Source of the DNA: an uncultured Candidatus Saccharibacteria bacterium
GTDB lineage: Bacteria; Patescibacteriota; WWE3; UBA101185; UBA10185
NCBI GenBank assembly: GCA_964387275.1
Contig: CAYLVW010000002.1
Coordinates: forward strand, 127,286-191,285
Reading direction: 5' to 3'
Length of the DNA: 64,000 bases
The number at the start of each line of letters is the position of its first letter. The stretch's first letter is position 1. The position numbers and the translations under genes are program-made. A model generated the notes under the pieces. That model saw nothing but the letters and a program-made list of their open reading frames with translations, was not told the origin of the DNA and made no database searches. Of the stretch, positions 1 through 9,193 are shown one piece after another.

Positions 1-94
1 TAACGACCGATGGGGTTAAATATCTAACTACCCATGTAGTTTTCCTAAGAGTTGAAGTTTTAGGTTTGTCTTGAGTAACTGTTGGCTTTGGCAT
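1..94 (-). CDS. Partial hypothetical protein (N-terminus, runs off the window)
   Basis: ATG at 94 overlaps the upstream stop (TAATG). GGAGGT SD lies 5 nt upstream. The frame is open to the window edge (MPKPTVTQDKPK...). Not in the ORF track. Confidence 0.7.
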   Translation of the reverse strand, partial: MPKPTVTQDKPKTSTLRKTTWVVRYLTPSVV

Positions 95-2205
95 TACTTA
101 CCTCCAGATCTCTTATCATAGTAAGTCTGACCATTAATTGGGTATACCTCCACACTCCAAGAATCAACAATAAAAAACCTGTATTGCGTTCTTGCGGTAG
201 TATCTGCGGGGACAGTGTTAACAAGAGTTGGTCTCCAACCCTGCTCATCACTACGGTAAGTAACCATAATGAACTTATCACTTCGGTTAGGGCAGGGATC
301 CCAGTAAGCGTAGCTTACAGGAACAGTGTACTCATAAGAATTAATGGAATACAAAATTCCAACCTGTTCCCATGCATAAGCTGTAATCTCATCGGCCTTC
401 AAACAATCGGCTTGATGAGGCTCAATAACAGGTGTGGGAGGCACGTCGTACATAGTTCTAACACCAACAGGAGCAATATCTACTTGATGGTTAGAAATAA
501 CAAAAATCCTGTAATTCTCTCTAGGATTTGTCCCACCGGGAACAGTGTTAACAAGAGTTGGTCTCCAACCCTGCTCATCACTACGGTAAGTAACCATAAT
601 GAACTTATCACTTCGGTTAGGGCAGGGATCCCAGTAAGCGTAGCTTACAGGAACAGTGTACTCATAAGAATTAATGGAATACAAAATTCCAACCTGTTCC
701 CATGCATAAGCTGTAATCTCATCGGCCTTCAAACAATCGGCTTGATGAGGCTCAACCGGAAATTCCGTAGGAACCGGCGTTGCACTAGGAGCAATAGTAG
801 GAGTCGGGCTAGAAGTTGGGATCAAGGTAGGAACCGACGCAAGTTGAATAACCCCTGAAAGAATGTCAGTTGAAGGCGTTGCCGTAACAACGACATCTTG
901 AATTCTTTCAGAATAAGCAGATACGAGAAGATCAAAGTAGTCGTCTCCAAGAGGTTGGTAAGTAAATGTAATAAAGGTGCTTTTACCTACGTGTTCATTG
1001 ATCTCTCTAGCAACAGCGTTTAATTCACTATAAACAGCATCCAACTGCCTTTGCCAATCCCGGGCAATACCAAGCTTATTCGTATCCCCATTAGCATCAA
1101 AAGCAGCTTTAGAAAGCTCCATATGAATACGAGAGGCTTCAACAATAAGTTTAGCGAATTTCTTGTAAAGCTCTTTCTCAGAGACTTCCAAACTAAGACC
1201 ATTAATTTGAGTCTCAAAAGACTCAATTACATAACCCTCATCACCAACATATCCAATCTGATACCAAGCATCAAGCCTCTTATAGATAGACTCGGCACTA
1301 ACTGTAGTTTCAGTACCGTTAACAAACTGTGTCCAATTAACTCTCTTAGCCTCAGTACCAGTAGCAGACATAAAAGCCTGCCGGTAGGAAAAAAGGTTTA
1401 GATTAGTCTTATAGACAAAGGCGCCCACATAGTTAAGGTGATATTCGATTAAACCTCTGCTCTGTGCATCAGTAAGTACAGGCAGTGATTCATTAAGATC
1501 CTTATCGATGCTGATGCGGGAGTCGATTTCAACGACATTACCAGGAACTTCAGACGCAACAACAGTAGGAATAGACGTAGCAACAACCTCAACAACAGGA
1601 TCATTATAACCACGAAGGGCAATAACACCAGCGCCAACCAAAACAAGAAGCCCAAAACCATAGATAGCCCCTCTCGTAGTAAGAAATCCAAATCCCTTAA
1701 CACTTCCAATAAGCGCAACTACAAGAACCCCCAAAACCAACCCAACAACAAGAAGTACCCAAAACCAAAAGAAAAATTGTGAGAAAAACTGGACAAGTGC
1801 AATAGTGGCAAGAATTACAGCAGAAACAGAACCAATAACCAAAGCATTGGTATCAAAGAATTCTTTGTAACTCCCACCAGAAACGCTACCACCACCTTTA
1901 ACCTCCCAATGGGGATTAAATTCTTGGTTAGGGTATTTAACACTAAAGCAGTAGATGGCAAATCTGTGATACAGATACAAGCCAAAAGCCAAAGTGAAAG
2001 TAATAACAACACCAAAAATAAAAACCGGATTAAGAAGATCAAAACTGTACATATCACAAATGTAGTTATTCAGGATAGAGAAAAGGCTCGAAATAACAAC
2101 CGCAACAAAGAAAGTAATGATACCAAATCCCTGCTTGTAAAAAACTGGGTTAAAATTAAACCAAGTATCATACTTATCAATAATAAGTTTCTTGAGTTGT
2201 CCCAT
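94..2205 (-). CDS. Multi-TM membrane protein with a helical middle domain, P/T-rich linker and tandemly duplicated ~110-aa C-terminal domain
   Basis: 703-aa ORF with GGAGG SD, about 5 N-terminal hydrophobic helices, a PTPT linker and two copies of EPHQADC...TLVNTVP. Confidence 0.85.
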   Translation of the reverse strand: MGQLKKLIIDKYDTWFNFNPVFYKQGFGIITFFVAVVISSLFSILNNYICDMYSFDLLNPVFIFGVVITFTLAFGLYLYHRFAIYCFSVKYPNQEFNPHWEVKGGGSVSGGSYKEFFDTNALVIGSVSAVILATIALVQFFSQFFFWFWVLLVVGLVLGVLVVALIGSVKGFGFLTTRGAIYGFGLLVLVGAGVIALRGYNDPVVEVVATSIPTVVASEVPGNVVEIDSRISIDKDLNESLPVLTDAQSRGLIEYHLNYVGAFVYKTNLNLFSYRQAFMSATGTEAKRVNWTQFVNGTETTVSAESIYKRLDAWYQIGYVGDEGYVIESFETQINGLSLEVSEKELYKKFAKLIVEASRIHMELSKAAFDANGDTNKLGIARDWQRQLDAVYSELNAVAREINEHVGKSTFITFTYQPLGDDYFDLLVSAYSERIQDVVVTATPSTDILSGVIQLASVPTLIPTSSPTPTIAPSATPVPTEFPVEPHQADCLKADEITAYAWEQVGILYSINSYEYTVPVSYAYWDPCPNRSDKFIMVTYRSDEQGWRPTLVNTVPGGTNPRENYRIFVISNHQVDIAPVGVRTMYDVPPTPVIEPHQADCLKADEITAYAWEQVGILYSINSYEYTVPVSYAYWDPCPNRSDKFIMVTYRSDEQGWRPTLVNTVPADTTARTQYRFFIVDSWSVEVYPINGQTYYDKRSGGK
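212..755. repeat. Exact 214-bp direct repeat (212-425 = 542-755), period 330 bp
   Basis: Direct comparison of the two copies. The remaining 116 bp of each unit is strongly diverged. Confidence 0.95.
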
Positions 2206-2297
2206 GAGTCCTCCATATACTCTTTGGTGATCTAAGTTTTCAACGTTCTGAGGTTTCCCTCAATGAACCTACGAGACCTTCTCGTTGGCTCAATAAA

Positions 2298-2340
2298 GGG
2301 GAGCTGGTGTGTAACGCGTAGCGTGGAACACCAGCTCTTC
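2298..2340 (-). terminator. Strong hairpin after the 2355-2840 gene (terminator/attenuator-like)
   Basis: GAGCTGGTGT...ACACCAGCTC 10-bp stem followed on the minus strand by CCCTTTATT. Confidence 0.5.
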
Positions 2341-2354
2341 CCTCTCCTTAATTC

Positions 2355-2840
2355 TTAACCAAACAACCCAAAAAATATGGGTGGAAATTCAAACTGAACA
2401 AAACACCACAAAATGACAAATGTTAGTGAAGCGTGGTAAGTGAAAAACTGAACTCTACCAAGCCTACCAGAAGACAAACCCTTTGGGGGGTATGTATAGC
2501 GGGAAACTGCAAGAAAACCCAAAGCAATAAAAGCAGCAATAAACCATTGAAGAAAATCAACCTTAGGACCCATAAAATGCCACATTGGGCCGGTATAAAA
2601 CACACTAAATCCCCATGGCAAAGCAGGAAGCCCAATGATAGGATCAGCAACACCATTAAGGTTACCCAAAATGTAAGCTGAAAGATATTGAAGTCCCCAA
2701 AGAACCGCAGTAAGAGAAATCAAACCATAAACCCTCCTATAACCAAAGCTAGTGGTATTCCACAAGCCAAAGGCAATAAAATCCAAAACTTTAATGATCT
2801 TGGTCATCACGTCCCTAAAGGAGAAACTAAACTCTCTCAT
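2355..2840 (-). CDS. Hypothetical integral membrane protein
   Basis: 161 aa, 3-4 hydrophobic segments, AAGGAGG SD, ATGA overlap with the upstream gene. Confidence 0.8.
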   Translation of the reverse strand: MREFSFSFRDVMTKIIKVLDFIAFGLWNTTSFGYRRVYGLISLTAVLWGLQYLSAYILGNLNGVADPIIGLPALPWGFSVFYTGPMWHFMGPKVDFLQWFIAAFIALGFLAVSRYTYPPKGLSSGRLGRVQFFTYHASLTFVILWCFVQFEFPPIFFGLFG

Positions 2841-3883
2841 TTAGCGCCTCCTTGGTGCGATTCCGAGGTAGGCTCAGATCGGTTAAACAGATTCCCAAAC
2901 CCTGAAAAAACTCCCTTAAACTTATCTGCAATCTCCCCAAAAGTAGAAGACCGTCTGGTATGAGTAAGGTGTTGTGAAGCAACATCAGGACTAACACCAG
3001 CATCTCTAAGCACACCAATTGCAATAGCGTCTTGCCGTGCAATACTGATGGTACGTTGATTAGCTTGAGCACTAGCATCAAGTTCTGGAGTACCTCTGTT
3101 ATTTGTAATAATCCCAATACCAAGCCTATGCTCACGGATAATTCTAGTCATCTCTTCAGTAAGACCAGCAACAAATTCATCATAATCCCGAAGGAACTTA
3201 TCAATACTAAGCCCATCATTATCGGCAGACCAGCGGGCAGAAAATTTAGCAACCTCAGATCTCAAATAAGGATCCAAAACTTCCTCAACGCGTCTGGGAG
3301 AAAAAGCCGTAGCTTCCTCTTCATCAGACAAAAGCACTCGGTACACTAGAGTCTGGGTCATACTCTGGATAACCCCAAGCAAATCAGTAAACTCAATCTC
3401 AAGCGAGTAGATCTTCTGACTTTCTTTAATCAGGGAATCAGAGAGTTTAAGCCAAACAGGAATGGTAACCAAAAACAGTAGAAGCGCGTACACACCCTGA
3501 TTAAGGCTATAGAAGAAATTGAAAAAGGCTCCAGTAACGTTACCAACGTAGTCTACACCAGGAGTGTAATAAAAATAGTAAGTGGTATTAAGATCACGAT
3601 TTGGTGCTTCTGGAAGTGTGATAATGAAAACGTTCTCAACCCCAGAGTTAAGATAGGTAACTCTACCAATGTCAAAATCTTGAAGGCTTCCGATAGGATT
3701 TTTCTGGTCAAGAGCATCCTGAATACTTCCATACACAGGATCCCCAATACCTTCTACAGGAATAACCTCATCAGATGAGGTGTCAGAAATACCCGGCTCA
3801 CCAACCGTACCAGAAGGAACACATGCAACCATAAAGATACTGGTAAATAGTGCAAGGATAAAAATCAGCGCCTTATTTACCAC
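2837..3883 (-). CDS. Putative lipoprotein/membrane protein with a possible remote SPFH (band-7)-like domain
   Basis: Start reassigned to GTG 3883 (AGGAGG SD). Lipobox-like FMVAC, an internal TM, then an SPFH-like pattern (VYRV...LRSEVAKFS...GIGI...PEL). Confidence 0.65.
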   Translation of the reverse strand: MVNKALIFILALFTSIFMVACVPSGTVGEPGISDTSSDEVIPVEGIGDPVYGSIQDALDQKNPIGSLQDFDIGRVTYLNSGVENVFIITLPEAPNRDLNTTYYFYYTPGVDYVGNVTGAFFNFFYSLNQGVYALLLFLVTIPVWLKLSDSLIKESQKIYSLEIEFTDLLGVIQSMTQTLVYRVLLSDEEEATAFSPRRVEEVLDPYLRSEVAKFSARWSADNDGLSIDKFLRDYDEFVAGLTEEMTRIIREHRLGIGIITNNRGTPELDASAQANQRTISIARQDAIAIGVLRDAGVSPDVASQHLTHTRRSSTFGEIADKFKGVFSGFGNLFNRSEPTSESHQGGAK

Positions 3884-4784
3884 GATGGCCTCCTTCTGCC
3901 TTCTTCTGCGGGACTGCGGGACCACTTCCAAAACCCTGCTCCGCCTGAGTATTGTAGAGATAAATTACAGCAGCAATAGCAATAACCCCGTAGGTCAAAA
4001 GCTGCATATCATTGACAGCAGTACTAATAGTCACGCCAATAGCCAAAATATCGTAAAAGAAAGGAATATCAAAGTTGCTCCTCATATTATTCATAACTTC
4101 AATGCCATTAGCCTTACCAATACCAACACCAACGGCAAGGATAATCAGAAAAATTAGAAAAGCCCCAAACATAGTGCTAAACACCCACCCCTTAATCTGC
4201 TCACGAGCAGCATACAAAGCAAGACCCAAACCAAGGGTAAGAACAACGGGAAATTGGCTAGTAATAAAATTCCAAAAACCAAAGTTAAGAAAAACCATCA
4301 ATCCAAAAACTACAGCCATCAAAATCCCTCCAATAGTGAGCAAATCTCTAAACTCGTAGCGACCATCAAAAAGCCCGGCAATGCTGTCTACAACTGTTCT
4401 GTACATCTTCCGTGGATTACGGAAGAACATAAACAAAAAGACAACCCCAACCAGAAAAATCCAAAAACCCAGATCAACAAAGTTATTCTGAGCAAAATTG
4501 GAAGCACTGGAAAAATAGACACTAAGAGTATCAAGATCTCCAGCATTAAAAGGCAAAAATGCCCAAACGGCATTATAGGTTTCACTGGCACTTCTAGCCC
4601 AAAGACCTACATACTTAGCGGCCAAATCACCAACTTCAGCATTACCCCCAGATACAAATTGAGCAGAATCTTTTGCCCCATTAATAGCAAGGGGGCCACA
4701 AGAGTTAAGTGACAAGCCACAAGCAAAAAATAGGAACGTAAAGGGTACGACAATCCTATAAATCAAATTCCATGCAGCTTTCAT
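3873..4784 (-). CDS. Hypothetical polytopic membrane protein
   Basis: ATG 4784 follows AGGGAG; about 6 TM segments. Confidence 0.8.
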   Translation of the reverse strand: MKAAWNLIYRIVVPFTFLFFACGLSLNSCGPLAINGAKDSAQFVSGGNAEVGDLAAKYVGLWARSASETYNAVWAFLPFNAGDLDTLSVYFSSASNFAQNNFVDLGFWIFLVGVVFLFMFFRNPRKMYRTVVDSIAGLFDGRYEFRDLLTIGGILMAVVFGLMVFLNFGFWNFITSQFPVVLTLGLGLALYAAREQIKGWVFSTMFGAFLIFLIILAVGVGIGKANGIEVMNNMRSNFDIPFFYDILAIGVTISTAVNDMQLLTYGVIAIAAVIYLYNTQAEQGFGSGPAVPQKKAEGGHRGK

Positions 4785-4952
4785 TACAGTTTCTCCCTGT
4801 TTTTTGTGGTGTTCAGTTTTCAATGTTCACGCACAACGTAACTATCACTTAATGAATAAGAAAATACTTACAGATTGTGGTTAAGAAGTGATGTGGACTT
4901 ATAGTTCCACACTATAGGACACTTTATTTGTGTTACCTACATTTACGTAGGA

Positions 4953-4981
4953 ATAGTACACTTTGGGAGGGTATATTGCAA
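4953..4981 (-). promoter_or_regulatory. Sigma70-type promoter for the 1-4.8 kb operon
   Basis: Minus strand TTGCAA-17 nt-TACTAT. Confidence 0.6.
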
Positions 4982-5228
4982 TACATTATAGGATTATATT
5001 TTTAACCAGTAATTTACGTAAAAAGTTTTGTAAAAAATGCTTGTTTTTATTTTAATGACGTACTGATAATAGGAAATCGTTGATAATAATATGTAAATAC
5101 CTAGAGGTTATAATTCATTTCTTAAAACTTCTGTGATTTACGGGTATTTTTTTAAGATTTCTAGTAGTAGCAGGAAAACACAGTGAAAAATTAGAGCAAA
5201 CCATACACATAAGAGGGTGTTGATAATA

Positions 5229-7520
5229 TTAATGGGTTGTTGGCCATTTTTCGGCTACCAATAACGTGTTTTCAGACTCTTTAGGGATATGGTTCCAAAT
5301 CTCTTCAGTAACAAAAGGCATAAAAGGGTGAAGTAACTTAAGACAGGTTAATAGTGTGTACCTCAAAACTGCTAAAGCAACATCCTTATCGTCTCTTTTT
5401 TTAACTTGTTCTATGTATTTATCTGCTACTTCTTTCCATACAAACTGATAAATAGTGTCAGCTGCGTCAGCAAATCTAAACTTCTCGAGATTCTCCTGCA
5501 CTAACTCTACAGAGGATTTTAGTCCACTTAAAATGACTTCATCATCGCCACTTAATCTAAGATCTAGGATGACACCAGAAGAACTAGAAAAAGTGGTCCC
5601 ATTATAAAAGGGGGGCTCTTTATTACTTCTTGAGTAATATTCCTCAAACATCATCATCATAAACCTAGTCATATTCCACAGCTTATTTGAAAAATTCCTA
5701 TAAGCCAAAACCCTATCTTTAGGGAATGAAAAGTCCTTACCATTAGCAGTCCCACTGATAAGCCCCATTCTAAGAGCGTCCACACCAAACTCCTCAATAT
5801 ACTCCTCAGGATTTATCACATTTCCCAAACTTTTACTCATTTTTCTACCATCAGGGGCTTTTACTGTACCGTGTAAATACACGTTTTTAAAAGGTGGTGT
5901 GCCATTAGTAAGGTACATACCAAACATAATCATCCTACTAACCCACCTTGTAATAATCTCCCAACCAGTTTCTAACACGTCAGTTGGATAAAAATACTTA
6001 AAATCTTCGGAATCTGGATAACCCAATGTAGCAACAGGCCACTGCCCACTAGAAAACCATGTGTCAAAAGTATCTGTCTCTTGAATATAGTTATCCCCAG
6101 GACTTTCTACACTAAAAACCGGGGTTGAATTTTTTGGAACTATCATCTTTTGTAAACCCGTCTTAATAGCTGTAATACTATTTTCTTTTAATAGCTCAGA
6201 TATTTTTCCTGAAAAAACTGTACCATCTTTAATAAAAGTAACTTGTAAATCAGGGTTTTTGGTGGTGTCGTACCAAAAGGGTATTCTAATTCCCCACACT
6301 GTTTGTCTAGATATTGGCCAATCTCTCATACCTTCCATCCATCTTAAATAAGTTATTTCTCTCCACTTCGGATAAATTTGAACTTTACCGCTTTTCACAG
6401 CCTCATAAGCAGGTTCTTTTAAGGTATCTACCTTAATAAACCAGTTTGGCAACACAAGGTTCTCAATATCATGTCCTGCTCTGTAGTCCACAGGCACTAA
6501 ATGAGTGTAATCATTGTCAATCTTCTCAATAAGGCCTTTCTCTTCAAGCTCTGCAACAATAGCCTTCCTTGCTTCAAGCACTTTCATTCCGGAAAATCTA
6601 CCAGCCTTACTGTTAAGCCTACCGTTAAGATCTATTATGCTAACTACATCTAAATTATGCCTAATGCCCACCTCATAATCATTTTTATCGTGAGCCGGGG
6701 TAATTTTTACAACACCTGTACCAAAACTCATATCTACATAAGTATCGGCGATAACCTTTAGCTTAACAGGCCCTAAAAGTCCTTCAAAAGTTATATCCTT
6801 ACCAATGTAATCTTTATACCTATCATCATTAGGATTAACTGCTACCGCAGTATCTCCAAATTTTGTTTCTGGTCTAACTGTTGCTAAAACAAAGGGCCCG
6901 TACTTCAAATAATATAGTGGGTCTTTTCTTTCTACATATTGAATTTCAGCATCGCTAAAAGTAGTACCCCAATAGGGGCTGTAGTTAACAATGTAATCAT
7001 CTCTATATACTAAACCGTCTTTATAAAGTCTCTCAAAAGTCGAATAAACAACGTTTAAAACATCCTTATCTAAGGTAAACTTGTACCTAGTCCAGTCAAC
7101 ACTGGCGCCCATTATTCTCATTTGATTTTCAATATTCTTCTTATTTTCATGGACAAAGTCCCAAATTTTCTGGTATAGGGTGTCTCTGTCAAAATCAAAA
7201 CGTGATTTACCTTCTTTTTTCAGCAGTCTTTCATAGGTGGTTTGGGTTTCAAATCCCGCGTGATCTGTACCAGGAATCCATAAAGCATTAAATCCCTGCA
7301 TTCTTTTCCATCTGATTAAAACATCCTCTATTGCAATCATTAAAATATTTCCTGTGTGCATTTTTCCAGAAGCGTTTGGTGGAGGAAGCAATATCGTAAA
7401 GGGTTTAATATTTTTGTTTATTTTTGGGGTAAAAACACCTGATTTTTCCCACATCTCATAGATTCTGGACTCAATTTCTTTATAGTTAAATTTTTTATCT
7501 AATTCTTTGTATCTTGGCAT
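5229..7520 (-). CDS. valS: Valyl-tRNA synthetase
   Basis: PPPNASG/HTGN (HIGH variant), PGTDHAG, GTGVVKITPAHD, DWPISRQ, DTWFSS, KMSKS, LHPFMPF. Lacks the C-terminal coiled coil. Confidence 0.97.
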   Translation of the reverse strand: MPRYKELDKKFNYKEIESRIYEMWEKSGVFTPKINKNIKPFTILLPPPNASGKMHTGNILMIAIEDVLIRWKRMQGFNALWIPGTDHAGFETQTTYERLLKKEGKSRFDFDRDTLYQKIWDFVHENKKNIENQMRIMGASVDWTRYKFTLDKDVLNVVYSTFERLYKDGLVYRDDYIVNYSPYWGTTFSDAEIQYVERKDPLYYLKYGPFVLATVRPETKFGDTAVAVNPNDDRYKDYIGKDITFEGLLGPVKLKVIADTYVDMSFGTGVVKITPAHDKNDYEVGIRHNLDVVSIIDLNGRLNSKAGRFSGMKVLEARKAIVAELEEKGLIEKIDNDYTHLVPVDYRAGHDIENLVLPNWFIKVDTLKEPAYEAVKSGKVQIYPKWREITYLRWMEGMRDWPISRQTVWGIRIPFWYDTTKNPDLQVTFIKDGTVFSGKISELLKENSITAIKTGLQKMIVPKNSTPVFSVESPGDNYIQETDTFDTWFSSGQWPVATLGYPDSEDFKYFYPTDVLETGWEIITRWVSRMIMFGMYLTNGTPPFKNVYLHGTVKAPDGRKMSKSLGNVINPEEYIEEFGVDALRMGLISGTANGKDFSFPKDRVLAYRNFSNKLWNMTRFMMMMFEEYYSRSNKEPPFYNGTTFSSSSGVILDLRLSGDDEVILSGLKSSVELVQENLEKFRFADAADTIYQFVWKEVADKYIEQVKKRDDKDVALAVLRYTLLTCLKLLHPFMPFVTEEIWNHIPKESENTLLVAEKWPTTH

Positions 7521-7553
7521 AAAAACTACGAAAGTATAGTGTAAATTAAATCC

Positions 7554-7805
7554 TTAATCAACTAACTCTCCGTCAACAACTGTAGAATGTTTCTTTCTTA
7601 CCTCATCAGGACTGGCTTTTTTTAACTGCTCTTTCCTATACTCTAAGTAACTAAGCAATAAGGTCCCCAAAAGTACAACAATGTCATCACTTAACCCTAG
7701 TGCTGGTAAAAAGTCTGGCAATATATCTGTAGGTGTGAGCACATACAAAATAGCCAACACCACTTTCCAATTTTTCTTCAAAAAAGTTTTTATATCGAAT
7801 TTCAT
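7554..7805 (-). CDS. YkvA/DUF1232-family small membrane protein
   Basis: Y-x-L-x-P-x-D-I-L-P-D...LGLSDD signature. Confidence 0.85.
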   Translation of the reverse strand: MKFDIKTFLKKNWKVVLAILYVLTPTDILPDFLPALGLSDDIVVLLGTLLLSYLEYRKEQLKKASPDEVRKKHSTVVDGELVD

Positions 7806-7871
7806 AATTATTAAGTTAAATCAATTAACGTTATAGAAATTATACCAACATGTTGATAAAATAGCGTCATT

Positions 7872-9149
7872 ATGAGACAAACAAAATTATTTTCAAAGAC
7901 AACTAAAAGCAGTAAAGAATTTGATTCAGTAAATGCTACCTTACTTACTAAAGCTGGGTATATAGATCAAGTTATGTCCGGTGTTTATACATACTTACCT
8001 TTAGGATTAAGAGTTTTAAAAAAAATTGAAAGTATTGTTCGTGACGAAATGGATAAAATATCCGTGGAGCTTAGAATGTCAGCGCTATCACCAACAGAAA
8101 TATGGAATAAAACAGGTAGGCTCGATTCTATAGATGTACTCATGAAAACTCTACCTGCTAATCAATTAGCAAAAGAAAAAAATGATTCTACCTACATCCT
8201 AAACCCAACACACGAAGAAATAATCACACCACTATCTAAAATTTTTAATGTATCCTATAAGGATTTTCCAATTAGTGCCTATCAGATACTAGTTAAATTT
8301 AGAAATGAGGTCAGACCAAAATCAGGATTATTAAGAGGGAGAGAATTTTTAATGAAGGATATGTATAGTTTCCATACATCAAAAGAAGATTTTCAAAAAT
8401 ATTATGAGGATGTAAAAAATTACTATATGAATGTCTACAAAAGAATAGGTCTAGGAGAAGACACTATGATTGCTTTAGCATCAGGAGGAGATTTTGCAAA
8501 AGAATTTTCACATGAATTTCAAACTAAATGTGATTCAGGTGAAGATCTAATCTTTCATGTTCCTAGTAAAAATGTTTATTACAATAAAGAAGTTGCACCA
8601 ACAAATACAGGTAAATTAGCCGAGGAAGGAGATGTGTTTCCTGAAACAGGAGAAAAATATGAAGTTATTAAAGCTTCTGAGGTTGGGAACATATTCACCT
8701 TAAATACAAAATATACAAAAGCTTTTGATTATTTATATACAGCTCAAGATGGTGAAAAAAAAGAAATATATATGGGTTGTTATGGTATTGGTATAAGTAG
8801 GTTAATGGGAGTGGTTGTAGAAAAGTTTCATGATGAAAAAGGTATTATGTGGCCAGAATCAATTGCTCCATATAAAATTCATCTTTTAGGGCTTGGAATG
8901 GATCAGGAAGATGTAAGAAACAAAGTAGAAGATGTCTACAAAAAGTTATTAGATCTAGGTATTGAAGTTCTTTTTGATGACAGAATTGAAACAAGTGCTG
9001 GAGAAAAACTAGGAGATGCTGATCTTATAGGATGCCCATACAGAGTTGTTATTTCTAAAAAAACCGGAGAGCAGGTAGAAGTAAAAAAGCGCTCTGAAAA
9101 AGAACCATCCAGGCTAAGCGTCACTGAGTTACTCGCACATATGAAATAA
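7872..9149 (+). CDS. proS: Prolyl-tRNA synthetase (short form without the INS editing domain)
   Basis: PTHEE, FRNEVRP.SGLLRGREFLMKD, MGCYGIGISR, anticodon-binding domain DADLIG. Confidence 0.97.
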   Translation: MRQTKLFSKTTKSSKEFDSVNATLLTKAGYIDQVMSGVYTYLPLGLRVLKKIESIVRDEMDKISVELRMSALSPTEIWNKTGRLDSIDVLMKTLPANQLAKEKNDSTYILNPTHEEIITPLSKIFNVSYKDFPISAYQILVKFRNEVRPKSGLLRGREFLMKDMYSFHTSKEDFQKYYEDVKNYYMNVYKRIGLGEDTMIALASGGDFAKEFSHEFQTKCDSGEDLIFHVPSKNVYYNKEVAPTNTGKLAEEGDVFPETGEKYEVIKASEVGNIFTLNTKYTKAFDYLYTAQDGEKKEIYMGCYGIGISRLMGVVVEKFHDEKGIMWPESIAPYKIHLLGLGMDQEDVRNKVEDVYKKLLDLGIEVLFDDRIETSAGEKLGDADLIGCPYRVVISKKTGEQVEVKKRSEKEPSRLSVTELLAHMK

Positions 9150-9193
9150 TCAAAATTTAGTGCTAGTTGGAAACAGATTTTCACCAAGACAAC

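Noticed and set aside
96-755. Diversity-generating retroelement TR/VR pair
   Set aside because: Differences are not confined to adenines and no reverse transcriptase is in the window.
82-858. 258-aa plus-strand ORF with an internal repeat, and the other antisense ORFs at 1-4.7 kb
   Set aside because: Shadows of the SD-led minus-strand genes; the T-ending codon bias keeps the opposite strand open.
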